Of a stretch of 64,000 nucleotides of DNA, positions 26,014-37,268 are shown in pieces. A program made the position numbers and the translations under genes. How positions within the stretch are numbered: position 1 is the stretch's first letter; each line of letters begins with the position of its first letter. Source of the stretch: Fistulifera solaris (lineage: Eukaryota); assembly GCA_030295235.1 (NCBI GenBank), contig AP026124.1, positions 1,674,001 to 1,738,000 on the forward strand, in the 5' to 3' direction. The notes under the pieces were generated by a model. That model searched no databases. It was not told the origin of the DNA and saw nothing but the letters and a program-made list of their open reading frames with translations.

Positions 26014-26215
26014 TAAGTGCTTCTGCTTCCGTTTCACATTCGGTCCAGTTTAAAAGGCAGCTAATGTGGAACGCTCTTCAAAGGAGAACTTAATAGTAGA
26101 ATGTGTCACATATCAATTACATATTCAAATCACGAAAGTTTGTATAATTGTCGGAACTGCACGTGTTGCGTGTCCTTAAATTGATTCTTTCGGTAGAATC
26201 TATGTAGCTTTTGAT

Positions 26216-27269
26216 CTAATCTATCTGAAATCGGTGATTGGATAGGCGCATCCCTTCCGCCACAAATCCCAGGCAAAACTGAATGCGACCCATAGCCTTT
26301 TTAGTTTCTTGTATTCGATGATTTGCTTCTTGTAAAGCCTCTAATCGCTTCGTCTCATCAACAAGAGAACTACTGTGAAAGTTGGAAGCCACTTTTAGTC
26401 GCTGCCATAGTGTTGCTTCGATGTGAAGTGCTTGTTCATAATAATCGCGGGCCAACGACCAATCACCCAAGCCATACTGTGCAATATAAGCTAGATCGTG
26501 GTAGGTCCTTGCCACATCCAGATTATTCCCGGCCATCGCACGCCTGTAGAGCAGTTCGTGTGTGATATTCGAGAGCTTTCGGGTAGTCTTTGAGTATGCG
26601 CGACAGACGTCCGCACGAGTAGTAAATGGAAACAAACTCCGCGGGAGTGCATTCGTTCATCGGCTGCTTTACCACATGTTCGAACAATTCCAAGCTACCG
26701 CAAGCATCTCCTTTTCGAGCATAAGCCTCTGCTTTTAAAGCATTCAGTTTCCAGTAATAGGGGCTGGTTATATCAACGACAGCGAGGCCTTCCTCGATCT
26801 CCCTGATTGCATGATCTAAGCGATTGCAGGAGAGACATTCAAGAGCTCGCATGAACGGTTCAAACATTTCGATAGTCTTTCCGGTTTGTGTGGCTATTGG
26901 AAATGAGTTGCGGAAAGTACTCGACTCATCTCGTTGTTCGAAGGTTGGTGCGCACGGTTTTGAAGATAAGGTGTCCACGCTGGAAGTAAAGTTGTCATCG
27001 GCGTCTTGAACAACAATCTCCACTTCGGCAAAAATTACGTTGCTGACAGTGACGCGCTGAGAAACTAGGGGCGATTTACATAGGATGTCTTGAGAAAACG
27101 TTGACTCGCTGTCTTCGATGCTGGTTACCGAAGGATTGCTGCTGGAAGGTCGCAGACGAGAAAAAAAGCTCCGGCGCGTCTTGCTTTCCCGTCGCCTCAC
27201 CGAGTGTTGCTTGGTAAGTTCTGTAGCTCCGGGAACTTCTGAAAGCTCCAATTGTATTTCGCTGATCAT
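26216..27269 (-). CDS. TPR-repeat protein (kinesin light chain-like TPRs); one indel at about 26560
   Basis: YYSCGRLSRILKDYPKALEY, DVARTYHDLAYIAQYGLGDWSLARDYYEQALHIE. Confidence 0.65.
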
Positions 27270-27411
27270 GGGAATTGCCCTGCAAAAGTGAACTTCGTCA
27301 TTTTCTCAACCTCTCGACCTCTCGGTTCACTTTTTGCGACGAAAGACGTTATGGGGGCATGGCGCGTGTACTCCAAATGCGAGTGTACCGGTACCGGTAC
27401 GTATGCGCCCA

Positions 27412-27660
27412 TCAAAATACCAAATGCCCACCGTTTCTGGACACGTCAAAATACCAAACCCCCAGATTTTCTGGACACGTCAAAAATACCGAACGCCAAG
27501 ATTTTCTGGAGACGTTAAAATACCAATCCCCAGATTTTCTGGAGACGCCGTCAAAACACCACATGCCCTGATTTTCTGGCACAAAACTCCTCATCCCAGA
27601 TTTTCTGCCTACCACGTGAAAGCACCCCATTCACAGATTTTCTGCGTACGTGAAAAAACC
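27412..27660. repeat. Minisatellite, about 7 units of 34-36 bp (TCAAAATACCAAACCCCAGATTTTCTGGACACG)
   Basis: Units start at about 27412, 27446, 27480, 27515, 27551, 27583 and 27617, and diverge toward the right. Confidence 0.9.
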
Positions 27661-27813
27661 ATTTTCGCGCTCACGGTGACAAATTCGTGTCGGGCATGAA
27701 GAGGCGAGAAAAGCTCTCAACCGTAACTGGATGAAGCACATATACATTACGAATAATAAGAGACAAGCCTATGGGTCATCTAAGACTTTCAGACTGTCGT
27801 AAAAAGTTTATAA

Positions 27814-29360
27814 ATGTGCTCCCCGAACAGCAGCTTGGCGAAGAGCATTCGTCTCTGGACTCCTTCCGCAAAGCGGTTAAGATCCGCTCCGCGGAATCGA
27901 AAGGAGTTTTCGTTGATCGTTCTCACCAATGAAAATCGTATACTTATTGGGTTGAAACATCGTGGATTCGGAAAAGGCATGTTCAATTCGTTTGGTGGCA
28001 AGCTTGAGAAGGGTGAAGATCCTGTTGTAGCAGCTTGTCGCGAGCTTCACGAAGAGACAGGAATAAGCGTAACTGTGAAGCATATGACGGAATCGAAAAT
28101 CGGCATTTTGCATTTCACTTTTGAAGATGACCCGGTAGAAATGTGTGTCCATTTGTTTCGTGTGAATGTTTCTTGCTGCGGCCATGCGACGGATAAAGCC
28201 GACAACGCTGCATCGGAGCAGATCCTTGTCGATCCTCTCACTATTCGAGGTTGCGATGAAATCACGCCCGAGTGGATTGAGAACTTTTATCACATACCTC
28301 TTCATAATATGTTTGCTGATGACTCAATTTGGCTGACGTTCGTGTTGGCGTCAAAAAGAAAGTGGTTCTGGACGGCTGGTTTCATTTTTTGGCAGGCGGT
28401 CAAGAAGTCAATACAATTCATCACCATTTCGTCGACATCAAAACCGACCCAAAATCCGAATTACCAAAAAGTGAAACGATGACACTGGAAAAGCGTCTTT
28501 TTCATAGGATGCACAGCAAGAGCATAATTTCTCCTTCGCCGAAAGAATTTAACGAGGCTTGGGCATTTTCGAAGGTTGTCAAGAAATCGTTGCGATGCAA
28601 TGAACTAGATTGCATCATCGATGTTGCGGGTGGGCATGGCGCCCTTGCAGCAATTTTGCTGATAACTACAGCAGCCACTCGAGCTATTGTGGTAGATCCT
28701 GCCCAAGTGGGACGAGACAGCGTTAGAAAGGCTTGGGCTGATTTCTTTCCTGAAAAGGAACTGCGTTATCGACACGAATGCTTACGCAGTGGACTCCCTG
28801 CGGAACTTGAATTGGCACTTAAAGCAACATCTCGTGACCGTATTCTTGTTGTGGCATGTCACGCTTGTCAACACCTGTCTGATGAAACGGTGAAACTCTC
28901 TTGCAAGTTTGGAGTTCACGTTTGCGTGATGCCATGTTGTCAGAAGGATCCCTCAACTGGTTCATCATGGAAAGCTTTTAGCAAAAATGTATCTTTTCCG
29001 ATTGAGCAAACGATGGATATTCTTCTAGCTGGTAAAGCAATGTCATGGAATACAGGACAAGAAGCCGGAGTGAGGTACGATGTTCGAATCAAATTTATCG
29101 ACAGTAAAATCACTCCTCAGAATCGAGTAATTGTATGTCGGTCGTCTCCAAATGATGGTGAGGTACCACGCACCGAAAAGTCTCATAGGAAATTACAGCA
29201 AGCGTATAGAAGGGCTCATAAAAGACAAAAATCATTTTATGACATATCCAAGCTTGTTGGGATGCACCCGTCACTTCATCTCGTTGGGGGTTTCATCTTG
29301 GGCGCTCTCACCAGCGCTTTGTTATTTCGCACTAGAGAAAAGATAAATGCGGACTTATAA
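27814..29360 (+). CDS. NUDT1/MTH1-like Nudix hydrolase fused to a class I SAM-dependent methyltransferase domain, with a C-terminal hydrophobic anchor
   Basis: LIGLKHRGFGKGMFNSFGGKLEKGEDPVVAACRELHEETGI (Nudix box, MTH1-like), IPLHNMFADDSIWL; then IDVAGGHGALA, VVACHACQHLSD, MPCC and ITPQNRVI. One missing A at about 28355 joins the two ORFs. Confidence 0.8.
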
Positions 29361-29776
29361 TCGTAGCTATCAATGGTTTTCAGTCCTTGGATATCTTTCT
29401 TTAAAGTTGTGTATTGGGGCTGCAAAACTAGATTTCCACCTACCTTAGCGATCGATCTAAGACTAACACCCGTCATAGCGGGACTCCAATATCGTGCACG
29501 GGCAGCTGGAAACACTTTCTGAGCAATAGTGTGGTTCGTGATTGATGTAATTGGCACCCATCAGACAACCACAACTGCACTGCGGAGCAATTCTTCATTG
29601 TTCTTCGTGGAAATTGCACCAATTTACTGCCAGCACCACAAAAACAATTCCAACAAACGAAGCCACAAATAATATAACTTATAAACCATCGCAATCCATT
29701 GCTCTAACCCTCTGCACACCTATTCTGACTGCATCAGCTGTCGATACTCAAACACGCCCCAAAAATATTTAACGAC

Positions 29777-30774
29777 ATGCAAAAAACCAGTGAACCGAAA
29801 AAAGGCTTATCCATCTATCAGATCGCTTTTCGATCGACAATATACAATCGCCATGAGGCTCGAAGGGCACGAACGCTTGCTATGAAAGATGATACTCGTA
29901 ATTCGTTAATACGCGTCATGTCGGGGCTTCCGATTTTGAATTTGATCGTTCCTCCTTTTGAGCCGCAGCATCGTGTTGCGTCAACCGAGTCTGTCGGTAG
30001 CACCTCTACAAAGGCCGGCGAAACCATGTTTTCAGTTTATGAGGGAAAGAAATCGGCATCTTTTCCGGGTGCGCCGTCTTTACTTTCCGTTGCGATAGCA
30101 GCTGCTTGTGGGGGAATGATAGCAGAGGCTTGTTTGGGCAAGAAATCGGCGTTAGCCTCCCCCTTCGCTTCCCAACATTCGCAAACACCCTCTCGGCGTG
30201 TGGTTCCTGTCTTTCAATACGAAGGTGCTGCTGTATTGAAGTCGATCCGTAGTCACACCGTATTTCCTGTGAGCAGCACCGGGGCTGGTGGTATCCCACT
30301 AACCGGCCTGGCACGATCAGGAACATTTGCATTTTTCCTGTTTGGATCCAAGGCGACAATAGAAAGGATTCTAGTCGACAAGGTCGAAGTAAACTGTCAT
30401 TTGGCTGGTGTAGCAGCCTCCGCTTCAGCAGGGATATTACGGGCCTTTTCCAAAAGTGTGATGGGACACTATGTTACGTTTTCTCGAGAGGTCGCTGCCG
30501 TAACCGTGTATTTCTCTGTATACGAAGGATTCAAGCATCTACTTAATAAGGAGACATGCGACAGACCTTCCGTGTTAGCATGCGCGATCTCTGGAGCCGC
30601 CGCCGGTGTATCTTCTGTGCATGTGCGAGGAAATTTGTCTCACGCGGTGACGCGAACAATGCCTTTGTCTCGATATCGGCCCATCGGCTAAGTTTGTCAG
30701 CCTTACGAGCAGCTCCTTATCATGCGCTTCTATTTGTTGGGTTCGAAACAGCATCTTCCCTCTTAACTCAGTAA
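29777..30774 (+). CDS. Divergent mitochondrial carrier-like protein
   Basis: SREVAAVTVYFSVYEGFK, CAISGAAAG and (after an indel) LRAAPYHALLFVGFE. Confidence 0.55.
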
Positions 30775-31028
30775 CAAAATGAAATTACTTCAAATGGGGC
30801 ATTTTTCACCTTAATGATTTTTCGGAAATAGATTGTTCTGACTGTAGCTCAGACGCCCTTCTCGAGCGCTCTGTAATTTTAAAAAAGTACGGAGTATGTG
30901 GATAGCGGAAATCGTTTATCTCTAGTACTAACATCTTATTGAGATCTCAGTATTTGTGACTCGTCCCTAGCGGTACCTACTCATCGGTGCTAGCACGTAA
31001 TGAAATCAAGCAAACTTCCTATTGCACA

Positions 31029-32582
31029 TTAAATTCCACCTATTTGCATCCTACCATCGCTGTCGAATCCTGGCATGAACATATCGTCAGCATCGGGATT
31101 TGACCACGGGGCGACTTCCCCATTTCGTTCAGCTTCTATTTCCATTCTTTCGAGATCGAAGATAGAGGTTGTTTGATCCTTCCATACTCGATCTTGGTAT
31201 TCGCGTACAGACATTCCTTGGCCATAAATGCGTGTTGCAACAACCTCTGCTTCGCTGGCAAGCTTTTTGATACGAGAAGCCAAGTCCCCGCGATTTTCGT
31301 CGTCAGAACCGAGATTGCCAAAATTCAAAAGCACAGCCTTGCATGCGTTAATGAAATCCGGAGGTGGTACATCGGGAACAGGTTTTTCTTGGTCAGGAGC
31401 TTCACCGTCCACTGCCTTTTGAGCATTTTCGGCTGTTCCTGGGACCAAAAGGACAGTTTTGGGAGTGAATGCATCCTCCAGAATTTGTTCACGCGCAGCC
31501 GCGTCGTCTGTGCGCAACAGTTTTCGAATCAAACGAATTTCTTTTGAGCTCAACTGCTTGTCTTTTTCGTCGGCAGCCCGCAGTCGGAGTCTTTTCATTA
31601 ACTCAGCTGGACCGTTGGCACCAGCGATTCTCGCTTGATTTTCATTTGCCTCGAGCAAGAGTAAAAAGGCCTCGTCGACCTCTCCCTCGCGAACCTTTTT
31701 GATAAGTGCCCCTTCCATACGAGCTGGTTCTCCGAGTGATAAAACAGACTTTAAAAGCTCGGCAGCTTTGGCCATTCGTTTTTGTTGTTCAACAGCCAGA
31801 GCCGCCAAAAGTTCCGCGGCATCATTTTCTCCATTGCTGGCACGCTCGTTCAAGACTTTGACGAATTGTGCGTCAAACTGATCGTAGAAGTTATATACAA
31901 CAGAGGCATACGATTCTCCTCCTTTGTAAGGTGGCATGACTTTTTTGAGCAAGCTTTCGTAACTGAGACGGATTTCGGGAGTCAGTTCGGCATCGTAAAA
32001 ACTGTTCTTTTTGTTCGTCCTTTGCTCGCTTGTCACTCCCATTTCTCCTTTCTCAATAGCTGCCGCCTTTTTCAAAATATCGGAAGTCGACAATTGCCGA
32101 CCAGCATCAGCATCGGCCTCGGCAGCTTCGATTCGCTTCTTCTCGGCCTCTTCGGCTTCCTTGGCCGCACGTTCTTCAGCAAGTTTGCTAACTTCCATCT
32201 TCGTTTTAATGTCAATAATCATTTCATACAGGTCCTTGAGTGCTAGACGCTCTTCGGGATCACTCGATCGTTCGACTTTCTGATCGAGAAAGTTGACAAA
32301 CTCATCCGAACCAGCGAGTTCAATCTTGTTGATAATATCGACGCGGGGATCGTTGGTGGAAAACACGAGATCCGCCAGAAACATTTCGTAGGCATCGTTC
32401 ATATTCACATTTGTGCCCTCATTATCGGATCCCAGGAGATTGTAGGAGTCTGAATTGATTTCATCCAAAATACCGTAGAGGGGACGGATTCCTTTGGAGA
32501 GTTGACAGAATGGATTGACGGTGAAGGACGACACTTCATAAGAACATGACAGCAAGATAACGGCAGCAGCAGAAAATTTCAT
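31029..32582 (-). CDS. Plastid-targeted helical protein resembling the At4g37920-like chloroplast family
   Basis: Signal peptide ending VSS-F (ASAFAP-type); VDEAFLLLLEAN...KEIRLIRKLLRTDD...LEDAFTP pattern. Confidence 0.6.
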   Translation of the reverse strand: MKFSAAAVILLSCSYEVSSFTVNPFCQLSKGIRPLYGILDEINSDSYNLLGSDNEGTNVNMNDAYEMFLADLVFSTNDPRVDIINKIELAGSDEFVNFLDQKVERSSDPEERLALKDLYEMIIDIKTKMEVSKLAEERAAKEAEEAEKKRIEAAEADADAGRQLSTSDILKKAAAIEKGEMGVTSEQRTNKKNSFYDAELTPEIRLSYESLLKKVMPPYKGGESYASVVYNFYDQFDAQFVKVLNERASNGENDAAELLAALAVEQQKRMAKAAELLKSVLSLGEPARMEGALIKKVREGEVDEAFLLLLEANENQARIAGANGPAELMKRLRLRAADEKDKQLSSKEIRLIRKLLRTDDAAAREQILEDAFTPKTVLLVPGTAENAQKAVDGEAPDQEKPVPDVPPPDFINACKAVLLNFGNLGSDDENRGDLASRIKKLASEAEVVATRIYGQGMSVREYQDRVWKDQTTSIFDLERMEIEAERNGEVAPWSNPDADDMFMPGFDSDGRMQIGGI

Positions 32583-33086
32583 TGTTCGGTTTGACTCGAA
32601 TTAGAACTTTACAAAAGACTGTTCTCGACGTTAGAGTTGGTCGACAACACGTACTTGTAGTTAACGTTTTAGCTTGCCTCTGTCTTGGTTTGGAGGCAGT
32701 TTCTTGCAACAACAAAAACAAAAAAACATAACAGAAAATCATTCGCAGAAAATGGACGGCTTCAGTGTTGTCTCGCACGTGCGTCACTGAACTATCAATT
32801 GGAGAGAAGCCTAAAGTGTCGGACACGTCTCTGATCTGGGTTTTTCGATAGTCACTGTGATCGCTACGACATCTGAAATACCGATTGATTTTTTACATTA
32901 GTGCAAAGAGTAAGCGTGTTTTTCACTTTCACTCTTTTCTGCCACCATGGCAACACGGTGATGTGTTCTTTGCAAGGTTGTAGAAAGGATGAATGATAAA
33001 GTGCGACGCGGAGGACTGTGTTTACCTTTTATCCTATCATCGTTGCGTGAAATATACTACTGTATTAGCTGATGACACGGCAATGG

Positions 33087-33874
33087 ATGAGCATTTTGCT
33101 TTTGCTGAGGACTTTTCTAGCTTCCAAAGGCTTTTTCCATTCCTCTTCGAGAAGAACCGAGACCAGGTCCATTTGCTATTCTCAATCACCCAGTGAAAAG
33201 TTGGTTCAAGATGCTAAAGCCATGCTTGAAAAGGCTCGTCTTCTTCGAGAAGGTTTACCCGAAGACAAAGTCGGTCCTCCTCCGACACCTTCGCCGTGGA
33301 ATGTTCCCGATAGTCCCCAGGCGGCTCTAGGATATCGCCTGTACATGGATATTGGTCGTGAACCTGGTACTTGGATGGATCCACGATGGGGGCCAGTGGC
33401 AAACGAATCGAGTTGACTCTGGACGTGAACTTTATGATCGACGAAGCAGCGGATCCGGAGACTGTGCAGGACATGGTTAAGGATAATTTGGGTGGAACGA
33501 GGTTGCCGGTCATGATGTTACGAACAGCGGAGAACGCCCGATTAAGGGGTGGATTCGACAAAATGAAGTGCAAGAACGGTGGCTATCGAATTGATGTATC
33601 TAGCAATCCACAAAAATCAAACACACTTCGGTTTTTTGTCCGAGCGGATGGCACTCCGCAAGGTGAGTTTGGCGATATTTACATACCTCCGGGCAATTTA
33701 TACTTCTCGCTCCCCGTATTCGGCGACGATGCTTCTCAGTTGTCGAGAAAAGAGGGAATTGTGACAGTACGACAAATGGGTTGGAACACAGGATGGCGCA
33801 GAGAAGAAAGTCGAATTGTGGGGGTCTTCCGGGCTGTTCCGATCAATGATGCGCGACGGCTGGATAAATTCTAA
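33087..33874 (+). CDS. Hypothetical, probably plastid-targeted protein; indel at about 33390, 5' end uncertain
   Basis: ILLLLRTFLASKG-F presequence; LYMDIGREPGTWMDPRWG(A)SGKRIELTLDV...IYIPPGNLYFSLP...REESRIVGVFRA. Confidence 0.6.
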
Positions 33875-34149
33875 GGTGGCCGTCCGTATGCAACTAATTC
33901 CCTTGAAAAACAATATGTCGTAATAACTAATAATGTATTGATTATAGAGAAAATTATCCGGGGCTTTATTTGTCGAAAATAGGGTGTAGTGTGTGTACGC
34001 CGTAGTTCCCCTTGCATTTGTTTATTGTAGCGTGCAGTTTTCCCACTGTATCTGCGAAAGGAAGCAGCAGATTGATGATGTATTCGGATCCCTCCAGTTC
34101 CCTCATTGGGGATGCATATGAGTCATGTTCAGTTCTGTAGTTGATTGAG

Positions 34150-35646
34150 TTAAGCATTTAGAGGGTTGGCTATCCCGTATTGATTGAGCAAGGTCACTTT
34201 CTTCTCACGGCAAACCGGCGATAAGAAGGAGACCAAGGGGTTACCGCAGAGGTTCTTGAAGTCATCCAAAGCCTTCGTTTTCTCCGTCGCGGCTTTGGCA
34301 GCTTCGGCGGCGTTTGCTGCAGCTCTACGGGCTTCTTCCTTCTCTGCCTCCTCCTTAGCTTTCTTCTCCTTAGCGATCTTCTGGGCTTCTTCGGCTGCCA
34401 CCTTAGCAGCAAGCTTTTCTGCAACATCGCGCGCGGCATCTGCTGCAGCTTTTCTTTTCTTTTGCATAACGTGCAGCTTCCTTAGCTGCCACCTTAGCAG
34501 CAAGCTTCTCTGCTGAAGTCATTTCATTGACCGAGGGACCAAGAGTAGAAAGACGAACTCGATAAATCACATCGCCCACAGTTTTCCATTGCCACCATGC
34601 AATCGCAATCAATCCGGCAAGTACAACCGCGACCGCAGCCATTCGGATGCGCTTCTGTCGCTTCCTCAGGCGACGAAGCGTGCTGCGACGTTGATTTCCA
34701 AAAGCAGGTAACGGATCCGGTGCAAAACTAAATTCTTCTTTTCTTTTCGGAGAGTTGAGTCCAGTGCTATAATCTTTCATAGAGGAGTAGTCCTTATCGA
34801 ACTTGCTAGGCGAAGCGAGCTTTTCCCACTTGATTCCATCCTTGTCGATAGTCTTTCGTGGGGCGTCATCTTCTTGGAATAGTCAACTATGGGAACGTAA
34901 TCATCATCGATTTCGCGAGTATAGGCGACCTTCTCCCACGTTACATCGCCGCCTTCAATCTTGGATTTCGCATTGTAAATATCGATACCATTGCTTGAAT
35001 CAGCCGGATTGTCGCCTGTTAGATGAGAGATAGGAACCGTTGTTTTTGAATCTCCGCAAATGGAATCAGGCGACGCGGGCGAAGGCGTCAACGAACGAGG
35101 GGACGAAGCCCTGGTATCGGGTGTATCCTTGACAGGCGCGGCGACCTTACGCGTTGACACAGGTGACGACACTCGAATGGCTTCCAGTGCTCGAGCCATT
35201 TCTTGTGAAGCTTGAACGATAGCATCTACATCATCAGATGTTCTCCTCGTACTGGAAAGGTCACTGAGATCGGCACTATTCGATGAGATGTTGGCCTCGA
35301 TTTCAACTTCAGGGACATCAGCAGAAAAGATCTCGTTTTCTTCGATTACTTTTTCCTTGACGCTGTAAACGTTGTTGCTGCTGAAACTTTCGGCCTCTTG
35401 AACATGATGCGCATCGAAGATGTTGGTAACTTCCATCGAGCTGCAAACCGAGTCCTTGTCTTTAATTTGAATGGTTTCGGGGAAACCGCTGGAAAATGAA
35501 GCTCCTGACATGCTCTTGCTAGAAATCGTCCGCATTTCGTTTGCAAGACGCTCCGCTTGTGCTAGCATTTGCTCGAGTTCATCGTCTTGTGGGTCCAAGT
35601 CAAGGGCATCGGGCTTGATAGATCGCTGTTCTGTCGCGCTGCTCAT
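34150..35646 (-). CDS. Hypothetical single-pass membrane protein with an Ala/Glu/Lys-rich coiled coil; two indels
   Basis: Three chained ORFs; RRLRKRQKR followed by TM MAAVAVVLAGLIAIAWW; repeated AEKLAAKVAA. Confidence 0.6.
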
Positions 35647-36444
35647 TTTGCCAGATGCCTATTTCGTAATATAATGCACCGGCAACTAATAAATTGATAA
35701 CAACAATAATGACCGGACAGTCGACAACGAAATCTCCCATCGCCCCCGTCCGCATTATTTTTTTCAAATCGAAGGGGACGCGTGACGGCAGAATGCGTCT
35801 GTTTGCATTCTCCCTCTATGGAACCGGTACTGAAATCGTTAACAATCCGTAAACGGTTTAGAGCTTATTAGACAAAGCTGCGTGACATCTTTTGTTCCAT
35901 TTTCTAGAGTTCTGTGTAGCACTACGCTAAAATGTACAATAGCGCCGTCCACAGTTGCCTTTTAAACTTAGACATATAAAGACTATCAATAGGATAGTGA
36001 CCATAAATATATTCATACATGTATAAATAGGCACATTTTCTTGGACTTCCTTTTCAAATTTTGGTTTTAACAAACTTTTCGAATTACGAAGCGACACAAG
36101 CACAGCCTATGACGGAATAATCTAGCTACAGAGATACCAGGTAAAGCTAGTAAGGCTTAATTTACAATTATTTACAACAAACGTTGACGGCAAACTGAGA
36201 AGCAATGGTTAGCAACAGGAGGATGGGAAACCATCACGCATATTAAAGTTGTGACCTATGACGCTGCTACTAATGTAACAGGCCCGAAATGTAGTTTGTC
36301 GTCAAGTTATTGCCGATTAAATATCCGTCGTGAGTCACGATAGCTCATTATTTTCTTTCAGTCCGCTCCTCCGACTTTTCCTTGCTAGTCTAAGACGTAT
36401 AAGAACAAGCCTTTGGTATTCAGCCACTCCGCCATTCGCTAGCG

Positions 36445-36728
36445 GAACCGTAACTGCTTCATCAATGCCAGACGACTATACCTTAAATTTTTAACCTGAA
36501 CCGTAACTGCTCCAAAAAAGCCAGACGACTGTAGCTTGAATTTTTAACCTGAACCGTACCTGGTAACTGCTCCAAAAAAACCAGACGACAATACCTTGAA
36601 TTTTTAACCTGAACCGTAACTGCTCCAAAAAAAGATACGGAGTAGACGACAATACCTGGTACCCTGAATTTTTAACCTGAACCCGAACCGTAACTGCTCC
36701 AAAAAGCCAGACGACTAGACCTTAAATA
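36445..36728. repeat. 53-bp tandem repeat, 5 units, some carrying 7-bp insertions
   Basis: GAACCGTAACTGCTCCAAAAAAGCCAGACGACTATACCTTGAATTTTTAACCT units start at 36445, 36498, 36551, 36611 and 36679/36685. Confidence 0.95.
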
Positions 36729-36838
36729 ACTTATACGCGAAGCAACGTGCAACAACACAAAAGTTTTGACCCTTTCTCAGGCAAAGCATTTGATCATTTG
36801 CGTTCATCAACGAGCAAACCACTTTCATTGTCTGATCC

Positions 36839-37268
36839 ATGTCACTGCCGATAGAAACGCCTAGCGTGAAGGTCACGTATTGGATCAACGGCGAGCAAAC
36901 CGAACAAAGAACATGGGATGGAAGCAACACGCCTCACGCCGTCGTGGGTCTGCTTGCGGGACAAGATGCTGCTGAGAGGGTACGATATAAAAAGTTATAT
37001 TTAGTATAAAATAATCTCGCTTTTCTAACCTTTTTTTGTATGAAAACCGAATCAGCCAGAGCCAGGTGAATTTCGCTACAGCGGACGCCATGATGGCGGT
37101 CTGTTGCCAGCCCCCAAAGAAGGAGGACCAATGGCGTTAATGATAGGATGTGTACAAGAGGCAAAGAAAGCGAATGATGAATACTTAACTAGTGTAATAG
37201 AAAAGGAGAAAGACGAAATTCCAACTAAAAAAGTCAAAGCACGACTCCTGAATGGCTGCGCAAAATGA
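36839..37268 (+). CDS. Small two-exon protein (117 aa), Gon7-like candidate KEOPS/EKC subunit; absent from the ORF track
   Basis: Exon 1 36839-36979; intron 36980-37055 (GTACGA...CTAAC...TCAG); exon 2 37056-37268. Translation: MSLPIETPSVKVTYWINGEQTEQRTWDGSNTPHAVVGLLAGQDAAERPEPGEFRYSGRHDGGLLPAPKEGGPMALMIGCVQEAKKANDEYLTSVIEKEKDEIPTKKVKARLLNGCAK. Confidence 0.7.

Noticed and set aside
27412..27660. 34-36 bp repeats resembling a CRISPR array
   Set aside because: The units are contiguous with no unique spacers, the context is eukaryotic, and there are no cas genes.
4656..27670. E2F-like sites (CCCGCCAAA at about 4655, TTTCGCGC at about 27663)
   Set aside because: Short motifs expected by chance, with no independent support.
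36445..36728. 53-bp array as CRISPR or a telomeric repeat
   Set aside because: Head-to-tail units without spacers; not a short G-rich telomere motif.
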